From contig OX597818.1 of NCBI GenBank assembly GCA_951406725.2, forward strand, positions 14,198,001 to 14,262,000: 64,000 nucleotides of DNA, written 5' to 3'. The stretch comes from Octopus vulgaris. Taxonomy: Eukaryota. Position 1 is the first letter of the stretch. The number at the start of each line of letters is the position of its first letter. Made by a program: the position numbers and the translations under genes. A model generated the notes under the pieces. That model was not told the DNA's origin. It made no database searches and worked only from the letters and a program-made list of their open reading frames with translations. Positions 41,570 to 55,441 of the stretch are shown here, piece by piece.

Positions 41570-43157
41570 ATATATATATAATCCGCTCCATCTGTCTGTC
41601 CGCTTATAACTCGAGTATTGTTCATCCGATGGCACTGAAATTTTAAACATGGATACATGAGAGAGCTGGGCGTTCCGTGATCTAAAAAGATTTTCAAAAT
41701 AGTTTCAAAGTGAGAATCGCTATTTTTGTAATCTTTATGCCCAGCTTGTTCCGCCATTAAAACAACCACTTGCTCAGACAGCCGGCCTATGTCATTTCGT
41801 CGCTATGCTTCTTTCCTCTCTCTCTGGGGTTAAAAATCTTAATCTTTATTTACAGTTTATCATTCAAACTACATAACAGGCAAAATTGTCGGATTAAGAC
41901 AGTAGGGTGTTTTGAGGGAAATATGGATGCTATTTCTACAAGGTCTATCTACCATGTAGATGTCTGCCTCATTGACATTATATATTCCTTATACTTTGAA
42001 AAACCGAGTTTTTCAAATGATGGGCTAATTCGACTAAGCAACATGCTATGCGTCTGTTGTGTTCTTTTCATAGGCTGTAGTAGTACTTGCAATTTGCCAT
42101 TCCATTACAAATGGAATTTCCTTTAATTCTAAAAACTAAACGTATTATGCTAAAGAAGTTGAATGCATTAACTTTTTGTGTGTTCAAAGTCATATTTATG
42201 AGAAATAAATTTTTTTATGAAGTTAGTTCTTTAGCCGATGTGATATCTACGGGCATTAATGGTGATGACATTACACTTATACTGCGTTTGAGATTTTGAC
42301 GTATGGGGTATCAAAAGATTCAGTACTATTTTGGTTAATTTCCATTCACATATTTGCATTTCAAATGTTCAACATAATCTGTTCGATAAATCAACTATCG
42401 TTAAAATTTTGTACGATTACGTCATATTTTCTATATGTGTACGTACCTTAAAAGACGTCAATCATCACGACAGACGCCTTCACTCACTCACTCTATCTCT
42501 CGTTCTCACCTTCTTTCTCTCTCTCACACACACGCACAAGCACGCACACACGCACACACACATACCCACAAATGAACAACCACAGTTCCTCCAAATTTAC
42601 TTTATGAGTGATGTAGGACAACAAACACGAATGTGTTAGACACAGCGCCGACTGCTGCAAATGAGAGCATATCCACTGACAGCTTCTCGGTGCATTCAAA
42701 AATCACATAAGCCACACGGGGTAGGGTATGAAATACTCCAAATGTCCCTTTAATGGTAATTACATAGCAAGCAATTCAGTATAAGTGTAATGCCATCACC
42801 ATTAATGCCCGTAGATATCACATCGGCTAAAGAACTAACTTCATAAAAAAATTTATTTCTCATAAATATGACTTTGAACACACAAAAAGTTAATGCATTC
42901 AACTTCTTTAGCATAATACGTTTAGTTTTTAGAATTAAAGGAAATTCCATTTGTAATGGAATGGAAAATTGCAAGTACTTCTACAGCCTATGAAAAGAAC
43001 ACAACAGTTGCTTAGTCGAATTAGCCCATCATCTACTCCAGAAATGTTTTGTTGTCAAAGCTGCAATTTCCCATATCACCTGTTTCAACATAACTGTAAT
43101 GTATTATATACAAACTATGCCATTTTAACCTCGAGTAACGACGGGTGTCTCTGCGAT
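41570..43157 (+). mobile_element. Composite Helitron-like remnant (5'-like end, Rep fragment, 3' hairpin-like end) enclosing duplicated non-TE segments
   Basis: 5'-like CTGTCTGTCCGCTTATAACTCGAG...CCGATGGCACTGAAATTT. PTNEQPQFLQIYFMSD (about 42565-42612) resembles QDPQFLQLYF in the Rep at about 25190. CCTCGAGTAACGACGGGTGTCTCTGCGAT (43128-43157) resembles the Helitron end at 48157. Confidence 0.45.
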
Positions 43158-43868
43158 ATATATATATATATATATATACATACATACATATATATATATA
43201 TACATATATATATATATGCACACCAAACTAAAGTGTACACACATATAATAATATAAAACAGAATACCACCGCAATTGTATTGGTAATTTCTATTACAATA
43301 CTGTTGGAAGATTAGGTACCAATACATACATTTTTAAACTTTATAAACCATGCGCTCAATTATCTGTTCGCATTCAACAAGCTTTTTTTTCTTTGTTTTT
43401 TCTTTTTACTTTGTTTCTTATAACAACGTTGAATTTTAATCAAAATGCGCTAATTTTCATTTAAGAAGTTGATCATATTTCCATTGACCTTTCATGTTTT
43501 TTCCGTTATGCTTCCTTCCAGACAAATGATATCAAACAGAAATAGTGGATGTTTAGTCATAACCATGTGTGATATTTGAAAGGGTGACACTCTATTGTTT
43601 CTATCAAGTGGATATTTCACTGCCTAAATTAATCTGACTTGCAACGTGCCATTTCATTACAAATGGAATTTCCTTTAATTCTAAAAACTAAACGTATTAT
43701 GCTAAAGACGTTGAATGCATTAACCTTTTGTGTGTTCAAAGTCATATTTATGAGAAATAAATTTTTTTATGAAGTTAGTTCTTTAGCCGATGTGATATCT
43801 ACAGGCATTAATTGTGATGACATTACACTTATACTGCATTGCTTGCTATGTAATTACCATTAAGGGAC
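42018..43868. repeat. Triplicated 230-290-bp segment: 42018-42284 (+), 42744-43031 (inverted), 43637-43868 (+)
   Basis: Near-identical copies; the same IPLQMEFPLILKTKRIMLK-type ORF appears three times in the ORF track. Confidence 0.95.
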
Positions 43869-43899
43869 GTTAGGGGATTATTCTGCGCTGCAACTAAGT

Positions 43900-44870
43900 A
43901 GTTAACTCATATGAAGCCTTTAAAGTGAAGCTAATAATTTATATTCTGTGGTATTTTTGCGATGATGCTATTATGGTTATTGATATTAGCAACCTTATTC
44001 TTATTTTCTGTAATTTTATCAATGTGATTACAAGCATTAATCCAGGAAAATTTTCTCTCTACTAAAGGGAGGAGTCCAATTACATTCCTATTGAGGATTG
44101 TATCTCTGCAATTATTATTCTAATAATTTCCAGGCTTTGTTAGTGTATTACACTCAGGCTTGGTGTGAGTTTGTTATCTTCTATAGATTTACTATTATTC
44201 ATTGAAAGGGGAGAGTTCCCCACTTTATATTTATTTTTGTATCTTTTATTCCTTCCGGGATAAATTGTGTGCGACGAAGTTCTAACATTCCAATATACTA
44301 TGAATATTTACTTTGACATTTTCTACGAATAATGACATTAGTTGTACTAGGGAGGTTAGAGATAGTGTTGGTGTATGTAGTAAGTTTTGAAATATTAGTG
44401 TAATGTATATTTTCCAGTAAGTTGAAAGACGTTGAGTATGATAGTTAACGAATAGCTGATTGTATTTATGTTAGGATGGTATGTAATTTTCTTAGTATTT
44501 CAAGGAAATATGTTGCTCTCCTATTTTTAATATGTTGTGAGAATAGGGAATTCACCCATAAAGTAGCTTTTTTCTAGTTTTCTTTAGAGTTTATAGTATA
44601 AATCCTAGTGGATACGTGTTGAGTTCTAAGTCAATCGATATTGTTATGCATTATTCAGTTACTTTAGATTTCCTCCGAATTAATAATGCTACTACGTAGA
44701 TGTTGTTATAACCTGTTGGAATAGGCTATTTAAACTGATCTTATCGCTTGTTATTCTGAAGATTTCTGCAGTGTTGCTAGTTCTGATTGATATTCCAGTT
44801 TATGTCTGTTGGTCGACCAGCCAACATTTCGAGAGAAGCTGCTGTATATTACAATTATGCCAGCCTAAAT
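43900..44870 (-). mobile_element. Possible Penelope-like element remnant
   Basis: NRNVI/WTPPFSR (44058-44093) resembles the Penelope linker RNIIWFNPP(Y/F)S; very decayed. Confidence 0.3.
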
Positions 44871-44995
44871 ATAAATCACCAATCTGTCTATCATTCTATA
44901 CACACTCATGCACACACACACATTCAGTTTTATTTCAAGAGCCGGTTTCTAACCTAGACCCACGGCTCCTTCATTGGAAACCAATAGGGTATTTT

Positions 44996-45027
<32 letters not shown>

Positions 45028-45129
45028 TGTATGTATGTATGTATGTATGTATGTATGGATTTCTATGTTTTGTTTTATGCATGTATTCTCATGCATAGAG
45101 TTGCATATCTAAATATGGTCATATATACT

Positions 45130-46870
45130 TAAATTATAAAATTCTGGAAAGTTTTATAGAAATGTTCCAGTGATGGATTGGATCTGTAGTCTTCGAAGTA
45201 GCTTTCTCCTTTCTGGTTTTGAGAAACCTAATTTCTCAAGATTGTTATTTACTTAATTTCTCAAGATTGCTACATATCCCAGTGCCCCATTAAGTACAGG
45301 CATAGAGTTGAACTTGTAATCTGGATAGACTAACTGCAGATTTCTCAATAGTTCAGCGTAGGTATTTTCATTTTCGCTTAGCTTTATGTCAACATCCATT
45401 GAGCAGCTGATTTCCACAACGGTTCACAGTTTCTTTTCTCTGTCCGTAACCATTATGTCAGGTCTATTGTATTTACATTTTATTGAGGTTTTCACTGGGA
45501 CATTCCTACAGTACTCCTTATTATGAGTGGTAATTGCTTCCCCCATGCTGTAGGTTCTTATTTCTTTGTCCTTAGATTCATCCTTCTGACAGATCTCCTT
45601 ATAAAGTGTCTTAGCTACATCATCATGTCTCATCAGTAGGTAATACCGTGACGACATTTTCGGACAACTGCTTATGATGTGAGTGATATCTTCGGTGTTA
45701 GGTCAACAAAGTCTGCATCGGTTGTCACATTTTACTGTTTTTCCTGCATCTCTATCCCTTTTGTGTCTCAAGTATTTGGTTGATATTTCCTGTTCATGGA
45801 TTGCAAATATATACCTTTCAAAGTGGGAGATAGCAATCCAGTTGTTGGGCCATGATAGACCGCTTTGACGATCAATGTTACAATCACCTCGGAGCTGTCT
45901 TCTAACGTATCCATGCATGGATTTCTGCTGATTCTTTCATTTGATGCTACATTGCGGTAGTGACGTGCGACTTTGTTGGGCATGAATTTAAGATTATCAG
46001 ACGACGAATGCTACTCAAGGAGCTGTTTCCAAGTCTTATGATGTCATCAGCCTCATGTATGCAAATTTGGTCAAGGGCTGCGCTTCTACACTTATTGGCC
46101 AAAAGTTGTTGGCGAAGGGATAGGATACGACATTCAGAGGTAGTGTGGATCGATGTTAAGCCCCTATCGCCTTTTTTAAATTTTAACTAGAGGCGGCCTA
46201 CGTCACTGTTGGTGTGGAAATTAGGTGTGCGGGTTAGTATCTTCAGGTTTTTTACATCATTGGCTCGGATCTCATCAAGCATCCATTCAAGTAGCCCAAA
46301 TGTTGGAATGTGTACTGGCTCTGCAAATACATTGTGGGCCATTGTTTTGTTGAATACAGAGAGTTCCGGGATCCGTATTTTCTTTATTTGACTGTAATGT
46401 TCTTTAGTGACACGTGTTGTGTTACAGGTGCCATTGTAAGATGTCTTCATCCACCCCTACATACATGTAACATTCCTCGTCGGATATAGAGGAAGCAGTC
46501 AAGCCATTGATGGAGATGCTTTTAGTCTGTTTTAAAGTTTTACCTCATTTCACAACCATATAGCAATATTTCTCCTGACCAAACTCTAAACTTATATCCT
46601 TTGAGAATGGTGTAACCAGTTCAGGGTTCCTTTTTGTCTCATGCATATTCTTGATATATAGTTTAGAGTCATCCACAAAGAATGAGCAATTTTTGTATTT
46701 CTGTTTCCTTGTTAACCAGTGAGATATCCTTCAGACTTCCTTAACAGGAATTACAAGAAGTTTACAGAAAGTATAAACAACATTACCGAGAGGCTGTCCC
46801 CTTGGAATATGCCTCTGCAATACTATATTCTATCAGTGGTAATACAATCACTCTTCGTGTTTCATTTCAA
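45130..46870 (-). mobile_element. RLE-type (R4-like) LINE remnant, 5'-truncated and decayed
   Basis: RGIFQGDSLS, FVDDSKLY, HTNSDVGRL, MHGY, IFAIHEQEISTKY, CRLC...HIISSC, RHDDVAK, NRPDIMV, GALG. Confidence 0.88.
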
Positions 46871-47431
46871 GTGGTGGCCCACGATGAAGTCAGTTCAGTT
46901 ATGGCTAGTGTGTGTGTGCGTGTGTGTATAATGTAACCTTCCGTAAAATGAGTGAACGCTCAGCAACAGATAATGGTATTGTTGTTATAAAAAAGCGTGC
47001 ATAATGAAAATCTATGCTTTCTCTCCTCCAAACAATGTAATCGATACTGTGCAGATTGGGTCATATGTCATATGCAAAGAATGATTGACTGGGGTGGCAA
47101 GGATACGAAGAACAAACAAGTCATTACTCAGGTCACCCATAATAAGAGAATTTCCCTTTGATGGTTTTTTTTCTAAAAATAGTAGCAGATATGCTTATGC
47201 TGAAGAGGATAGTAGGAGATCATAACTCACGAAATGGCTTTACAGCGCATTTATTTCTCTGTCTACACGCTTTATTCGCAGAGCAATATTTGCTCACTGC
47301 GTTGGGAATATGTTGGAAAGCTTAGGTCTGTAACGATTTAGGATTTCGACAAATAATTTCCCATGATACTAATTTTCGTTCTCTTCTGTGTGTTTTATTT
47401 AAGATAGACCTTAATTGCTTAAGATTTTATA

Positions 47432-47471
<40 letters not shown>

Positions 47472-47572
47472 CGTGCGCGTGTGCGTGTGCGTGTATGTGT
47501 ACATGTCTCAATTACGTATATATACTTGTAAATATGCACTCATAGACTATCGTCCAGATACTTATTGATCAA

Positions 47573-47618
<46 letters not shown>

Positions 47619-47624
47619 GTTATG

Positions 47625-47830
47625 GTAAAGATCCCCTTCGGACATGGATGACCATGCGACTGCTCCTAGAAATTTTGCTTCAAAGGCACGAGTCTGGATA
47701 AAGTTGTCTATGGAACACCATTAGTCGTCCATGCCTACCAGCATCCCCAATTTTGTCCAAGGGAAAAGAAAAGGTCGTTATAGCTTGGCACCAGTGACAT
47801 CACAACTCATTTCCACACATGAGTAAACAC
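47625..47830 (-). mobile_element. SINE remnant (family of 2847-3172)
   Basis: Reverse complement shares AATGAGTTG..A.GTCAC.GGTGCCAAGCT and CCGAAGGGG with 2969-3164. Confidence 0.65.
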
Positions 47831-48018
47831 ACAGACTTGTCGTCAGAATTGTCATCTCAACGCTCTAACTTCTGAACCGTACAACACATTTAAAAATAAT
47901 TTGCATGAACGTGCATAGGTTGTGAATTGGTATTCGTACACAGCAACTCACTTCCAAAATAAACATTGAACGCATGCAAGACGCAACATATACAAAACAT
48001 ATATACTAAGAATGTATA

Positions 48019-48790
48019 AGCGTGGCTGTGTGTTAAAAAAAACTTGGTTCCTATGCACATGGGAGCGTATTTAGCCCCGCCGCTTGGCACATTCAGCAAC
48101 TGTCTTCTACTATAGCCTAAAGTATATATATATATATATATATATATACATGCACACTAGCAGAAATACCCGGTGTTGCCCGGGTTAAAGAGTTTAATGA
48201 ACTTTTAAAAGTTCATTATACTAGATTACGCAGGTCTCAACTGTTAGTGGCTGAGATACCAACTTTCTGCATTAATAACACTTAAGCCCATGCCAGTATG
48301 GAACATTGACATTAAATGAAATGTTAAAAGAAACTTTTCAACTCATATAGTTATAAAAAGTAAATACACGTAATTCTAAAACACGTTTTGTGTAGCTTAT
48401 TCCATAACAAAAACACAGGTAAAGTTTATAAAAACCGAAAGGCCGATTTTGGTGTTCCATTTGACAAGGGTTGTAAAGAGCCAATCCTATGATAAATCCC
48501 ATCTTGGGTCTTGAAAGTTTGCATGAATCCTGGCTCAGTTAAATCACTTGTGGCTCCAAATGACGTCATCTTTTTGTGTTTGCCCCCACACCTACCACCA
48601 CTACTGCATGAAACCGGTGTTAGTGTGCTTAGTCCCCATAATTTAGCAGCCCGGCAAAATTGATCAATAGAATAAGTACCAGGCTTTAAAAATATAAGTA
48701 GTGGTGTCGATTCATTCGAATAAAAATTCTCTTCTAGGAGATGCCCCAGCATGACTGCAGTGAAAATGACAGAAACCAAGAAAAGATTAA
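48019..48790 (+). mobile_element. CORE-like SINE (head 48019-48118, tail 48570-48790) with a Helitron nested in its internal microsatellite
   Basis: GTGGCTGTGTG...TGTCTTCTACTATAGCC head; ATAGAATAAGTACC...CCAGCATGACTGCAGT tail; matches the 49405 and 53664 family. Confidence 0.65.
48157..48572 (-). mobile_element. Deleted Helitron (Rep fragment plus 3' end)
   Basis: MTSFGATSDLTEPGFMQTFKTQDGIYHRIGSL; 3' hairpin CCCGGGCAACACCGGG then CTAG|T on the - strand. Confidence 0.8.
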
Positions 48791-49404
48791 AAGTAAAATG
48801 TACATCTACAATACATGCAAAGCTTATTCACAAAAAATTGCATTTAAACAACAAGAAACGGTCAAAATTGCATCAGTGCATATACGAAACTGAAGCGCGA
48901 AATCTGCATCAATTTAAAGTAATCCTTCGTTCACTCCAAAAAGAATGGCCACTCATTACCAAGATTTTATTCCGTCAATAAATTTCATGATTAAGCATAT
49001 AATCACTGACTGGATATGAAGTTCAGAATAAAATGGTTATTAAGAACAATTTTATTTTCTATCAGTGTCACTGAAAGTATTTTCGTTTAATTTTAAATAT
49101 TGCGAGAATAATTGTCACCAGTTGTTTAAAAATATTATAAGAGCAAAATATTTTTGTTCTTCGCATTTATTAATTCAGTGATTTATGACAATATACATCA
49201 CGGAAGCGTATCATTGGATTTCTCGAGTACAAAATCCCGAAAATTTTCTTCCCTGTCAGTATATATATGTGTGTGTGCGTGTGTGTGTGTCTGTCTGTGC
49301 GCGCCTGTGTGTGTGTATATACGTGTGTGTGTGTGCAGGAACTTCGCATATGTGCACATATGTATATGTGTGTGTGTGTATGTATATATATATATATATA
49401 TATA

Positions 49405-49806
49405 TACTCTTTACTCTTTTACTGTCTCTTTTACTTGTTTCAGTTATTTGACTGCGGCCATGCTGGAGCACCGCCTTTAGTCGAGCAAATCGAGCCCGGG
49501 ACTTATTCTTTGTAAGCCCAGTACTTATTCTATCGGGCTCTTTTGCCGACCGCTAAGTGACAGGGACGTAAACCCACCAGCATCGGTTGTCAAGCAATGC
49601 TAGGGGGACAAACACACACACACAAACACATGCACATATATGTACATATATATACATATATACGACAGGCTTATTTCACTCACAAGGCATTGGTCGGCCA
49701 GAGGCTATAGCAGAAGACACTTGCCCAAAATGCCACGCAGTTGGGACTGAACACGGAACCATGTGGTTGGTTAGCAAGCTACTTACCACGCAACCACTCC
49801 TGCGCC
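49405..49806 (-). mobile_element. tRNA-derived CORE-like SINE with internal CA/TA microsatellite
   Basis: GGCGCAGGAGTGGTTGCGTGGTAAG...GTTCAGTCCC...TTGGGCAAGTGTCTTCT; tail AAAGAGTAAAGAGTA. Confidence 0.88.
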
Positions 49807-49814
49807 TCTCTCTC

Positions 49815-49852
<38 letters not shown>

Positions 49853-49885
49853 TAGATAAATATAGAGAGAGATAGATAGAGAGAA

Positions 49886-49928
<43 letters not shown>

Positions 49929-50244
49929 TATAGATAGATAGATACATAGATAGATAGATAGATAGATAGCTACATAGATAGATAGATAGACGTACATATA
50001 CATGTATATGTATGTGTGTGCGTATATTTGTATTTTTTTGATATATAAATATATAACTTTTTTATGATTATATATATACATATATACATATTTCCCCCAA
50101 AAGTGAAATCTTAAAGTAGTAACCTAAGCTCAGTAAATACCAAAGTTACGTTATATATAAGTATATTTATGTATATAATTGCGCGTATGTGTGTATATGC
50201 ATGTAAGAGCAAGAATATGTGTTTTATACACACACATATATGTT

Positions 50245-50278
<34 letters not shown>

Positions 50279-50466
50279 AATATATATATATATATATATA
50301 AATATACGTACATACTCACGTACACATATATGGACATGCATACAGGACTATATTTCGATAAATATATGATATATATATGCGTGTGTGTGCGTTTGTGTGC
50401 GAGTATGTTTGTATGTGACTGTTGGCAGAAGAATAGACAGATACATGGGAAGATAGATACATGGAC

Positions 50467-50510
<44 letters not shown>

Positions 50511-50539
50511 GGATAGATAGATAGATAGATAGATAGATG

Positions 50540-50613
<74 letters not shown>

Positions 50614-51128
50614 CAGATAAATAGATAGATATACATATATTAAAGAATAATATATAATAGTGTTTAAATACGAAGACGAGCAGAAGAGAAGAAGAAGAAG
50701 AAGAAGAAGAAGAAGAAGAAGAAGAAGAAGCAGAAGAAGAAGAAGATGATGATGATGATGAGATGATGATGATGATGAAAAAGAAGAACAAGAGAAAGTA
50801 ATATAATTATATCAATACGAGTAATAATTTTAAATAAATGACGCAGTTATTAATTTAGGTTATGGAAGCGTTTATTATATTCCTTGAGATAAAAAACAAA
50901 TAAAGAAGCAGCAATGAAAATCATTTTATGTAATGTATATATTTCGGTATGTGTGCGTGTGTGTGTTTGTTTGTATGTGCGTGTCTTGCATATGCCTACG
51001 TGTGTGTATTCATAGAGGCACAGACATATACACAAAACATATATTCCTGAATGTATATATATATATATATATATATATGACGTATATGTTATATAGATAT
51101 GTGTGTCTGCATAATATATTATACATAC

Positions 51129-51162
<34 letters not shown>

Positions 51163-51716
51163 GAGCGTGTATGTATACATATATATATGTGTGTGTGTGA
51201 GTGTGTGTGTGTCTGTGTCTGTGTGCGTATGTATGTATGTATGTATATATATATATATACATGCATACATACACATTTATGTGGCAAGTTTTCTTTTAAT
51301 ATATTTGATGTTTTTTTTTGTTAATATAATATCTTAAGCCTAATGATTGCCAAAATTAATATTATATCAGAATTTCTTTAAAATCTTCATTGCTACAGCA
51401 ATATTATCGTTGATATCACTCATAAATTTAATAAATTATGTTATCTTATTTCACAATGGAATTTCGCAGCCTACCATCATCTAAAAAGAAAACAAGACAT
51501 AACAGGAACTAATGATAAAAGATTTGGTGCAATCACACCCTCCTAATTAGGAAACATTCTTAATTGGAACCCAAATATCCCCTGCGATAAACAACCCGTC
51601 TAGTTATTGCCATCTTTATCTAAATAAATGTTTGAGCGTGTTTGTGTATGTATGTGTATACAATTGCTTGTATAACCATATGAATATACACACATTCATT
51701 CACAGCCACTCACAAA

Positions 51717-51758
<42 letters not shown>

Positions 51759-51774
51759 CCATATATATACATAC

Positions 51775-51817
<43 letters not shown>

Positions 51818-51829
51818 CCATATATATAC

Positions 51830-51883
<54 letters not shown>

Positions 51884-51965
51884 TGTGTGCGCGCGTACGT
51901 ATGTGAGTATACATAAATGTATGTATCTATGTACACCCACACTTAAACACACACACACACACATA
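49815..51965. repeat. Microsatellite-rich field (TA, GATA, GAA, GAT, CA)
   Basis: Direct reading; source of the spurious Y/I/S/L-rich ORFs. Confidence 0.9.
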
Positions 51966-52236
51966 AATATATATGCAAAACTTTTGTATTCGTCTTTCAG
52001 AGAGCATCCTGTATATCACGGTAAAAGCACCGACATATATAATTTGTAGTAGAACTGCTAACTGGGATTTCGTTATTTTCTTCCTTTTTTTGCCATATAC
52101 AAGTTACAAATTCTGTTTGTTTGTGGAGACTTTTTATTAGTAGAGGAAATAGTGATCAATTTTGGCTGCTATTTCTAATATTTTCGGTATGTGGTTTTGA
52201 GCAACTTGTTGCAAATATATACAAATATAAATATAT

Positions 52237-52285
<49 letters not shown>

Positions 52286-52286
52286 T

Positions 52287-53394
52287 ATTATATAATTAGG
52301 GCTTAGTAAAATAAATTACTTTGCCACATACTGGACTTTCTAGAAATAGCAGCCAAAAAGTTTTTAGCCATTTCCACTACTTTAAGAAAAACTTCTCTCA
52401 GATAATGTTTACTCAAAGACAACTCACGAAGATATGGAGGCAAAAACAGTAAAATATCACAAGTACAAAGATCATTTGAGAACGTCAACGTTTCTAGATT
52501 AGCCGAAATAAAACTCAGCATTTCTTTCGTCAGCTCAACATTTCTTAATTCTGGATCTGAAAGCACTAAAAATAATGAACATACCCGTCCAACGATGTAT
52601 CACCTCAGACAAACATCCTCAAAACTGTACAAAGCGAATATTAGTGTAATACACAAATGTACAGAAAAAAATGTACAAGCGAAGATTCAAGTTCCTTCCC
52701 CTTCCACCCACGTGAGTTATCTAGTAAACATATTTTAACGGTAAGCACCGTAGCAAAAAACAGAGATAAGGGAATTATAATATCAACAATTGTGGGTAAA
52801 ATTAAGTAGTTATTAATCAATTTCACCAAGTAGTGTTCAGTATGTAAAAGGACCATTTAAGGAGAATTCAAAATATTACATTATATAATTAGGGCTTAGT
52901 AAAATAAATTACTTTGCCACATACTTTGCCACTAGCACACATGCTAGTACTGGCAGTTTTGAGGATGTTTGTCTGAGGTGATACATCGTTGGACGGGTAT
53001 GTTCATTATTTTTAGTGCTTTCAGATCCAGAATTAAGAAATGTTGAGCTGACGAAAGAAATGCTGAGTTTTATTTCGGCTAATCTAGAAACGTTGACGTT
53101 CTCAAATGATCTTTGTACTTGTGATATTTTACTGTTTTTGCCTCCATATCTTCGTGAGTTGTCTTTGAGTAAACATTAACTGAGAGAGGTTTTTCTTAAA
53201 GTAGTGGAAATGGCTAAAAACTTTTTGGCTGCTATTTCTAGAAATTTCAGTATGTGGCAAAGTAATTTATTTTACTAAGCCCTAATTATATAATGTAATA
53301 TCTTGAATTCTCCTTAAATGGTCCTTTTACATACTGAAGACTACTTGTTGAAATTGATTAATAACTAATTAATTTTACCCTCAATTGTTGATAT
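52287..53394. repeat. Complex inverted duplication: A 52287-52627 vs 52954-53294; B 52780-52925 vs 53249-53394
   Basis: Near-identical reverse-complement arms of 341 bp and 146 bp, flanked by (TA)n on both sides. Confidence 0.95.
52303..52856 (-). pseudogene. LRR-protein fragment (duplicated on + at 52954-53394)
   Basis: NLETLTFSNDLCTCDILLFLPPYLRELSLSKH (LxxLxL and C-x-C motifs); hydrophobic IIIPLSLFFATVLTVKICLL. Confidence 0.45.
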
Positions 53395-53417
53395 ATACAT
53401 ATATATATATACATATA

Positions 53418-53463
<46 letters not shown>

Positions 53464-53604
53464 ATATATATGTATATATATAGCGTATACATGTAGTACC
53501 CTTGTGTATGTATGTACATATATAATATTGTATGTATATTTATTAATTTGCCTGTACGGCTGATAATTCGCTTGTCAGTCGTGAAGGTTTTTCAATAATA
53601 CCAT

Positions 53605-53661
<57 letters not shown>

Positions 53662-53663
53662 TA

Positions 53664-53867
53664 TATACTCTTTTACTCTTTTACTTGTTTCAGTCATTTG
53701 ACTGCGGCCATGCTGGAGCACCGCCTTTAATCGAGCAACTCGACCCCGGGACTTATTCTTTGTAAGCCTAGTACTTATTCTATCGGGCTCTTTTGCCGAA
53801 CCGAACACACCAGCATCGGTTGTCAAGCAATGCTAGGGGGACAAATACAGACACACAAACATACACG

Positions 53868-53933
<66 letters not shown>

Positions 53934-54098
53934 TATGACGGGCTTCTTTCCGTTTCCGTCTACCAAATCCACTCACAAGGCTTTAGTCGGCCCGAGGCTA
54001 TAGTAAAAGACACTTGCCCAAGGTGCCACGCAGTGGGACTGAACCCGGAACGATGTGGTTGGTATACAAGCTTCTTACCACACAGCCACTCCTGCGCC
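53664..54098 (-). mobile_element. CORE-like SINE, same family as 49405-49806
   Basis: GGCGCAGGAGTGGCTGTGTGGTAAG...CTTGGGCAAGTGTCTT...GGTAGACGGAAAC; internal (TA)n. Confidence 0.9.
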
Positions 54099-54114
54099 TA
54101 TATATATATATATG

Positions 54115-54213
<99 letters not shown>

Positions 54214-55441
54214 TATATATAATTAGAAGGTTTATTCTACTTAAAATATTTTAAAATTCCCTAGAATATATTATCCGGGTATTTTGTTTACAGTACACAA
54301 ATTTTTCATTGCTCTGGTAGAGTGCAGATGACGTGCCTCATCAATTGTCTGTCACACTGCTTCCCGTTGATAATTCTACTAAGACCAGATTTATATTACA
54401 GCGACAGAACAAAAATGTCAGAACATACCACTTAGTGAAGCTGTATAGAGTAGTTTCGTGTATTGAGAGTATACATAGTGAGATTCGTTAAACATTCCTG
54501 GGCGTTGACGCTATTTTTCTTCCAATTTTGTGTTTTATAACTAATACATTCATTTCAAATATCATTAAGAACATAAAGAAAACAATACATCGCCTTTGAA
54601 TCTTGCCTCTGTGTCTATGTGTGTGATTATGTTGGGCTTTTGTTTGCAATATTTGTGTGTGTGAGTCCACAGATGACACGATTCTTGTAAATTGAGCTAA
54701 ACGTACTTTAAGTTTAGCCAAGAAGGCTTTGGCAGAATTTACTTGTTTGGAATTATAAATATGCAATAGGGAATAGTATTAAACTGAAATAAAGAAGAAA
54801 TATGTTTGTAAGAATGAAGTAAAGAACGGAGAGAGAGACAGAATACAGAAATTTTGTCATTGTATCTGGGAATATTAGTTTTTGCATGCTGAAATCCCTT
54901 TAGAAACGTTAATTATCCTTTCCTATGGAGATTTTACGTATAGTTAGATGAGCATATTTAACTTTATTTCCCGAACCAGATTTCAGCACGCAACATCTAA
55001 TTAATTTTCTCAGCTACAAATATATAAATTCTATATCCTATCTTTGTATCATGCGTTTCTTCCTAACTTTTTCTCAAGTTCTCTTTCTGTGTCACCAAAC
55101 AATATCATCTTCAAGTACCACTTCATCTTCCGTACAATTTCAAACAGCCAATTACATTTTTTTTCTTTTGCTCTAACCTTAAAATATCTTTTATTCCGCT
55201 TCTTTCAAAAATGTCATTTATCCACCCACCCACTCAACCAAACCCACACGTACGCGTATACACGCATACACGCAAATACAAACACAGAATTGACACATAT
55301 ACACACACACACGCTATATTTACATAAAAGTAAAACACACAGACAAAAGTTCACAACCACATACACATCAATATGGTTTCCCAACCCATTCAGAGAGAAG
55401 AAATAGAATTACAGACCAAGTCACTGACCGAGGAGTGTGTA

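Noticed and set aside
41518-41769. LRR-like ILKIFLDHGTPSSL on the - strand
   Set aside because: It falls antisense within the Helitron-like 5' end. It shows that chance LRR-like peptides occur, so it was not counted.
42087-43863. Small three-member gene family 'MQFAIPLQMEF...'
   Set aside because: The similarity comes from a recent DNA duplication. The starts are non-ATG (TTG), and the more protein-like reading is on the opposite strand.
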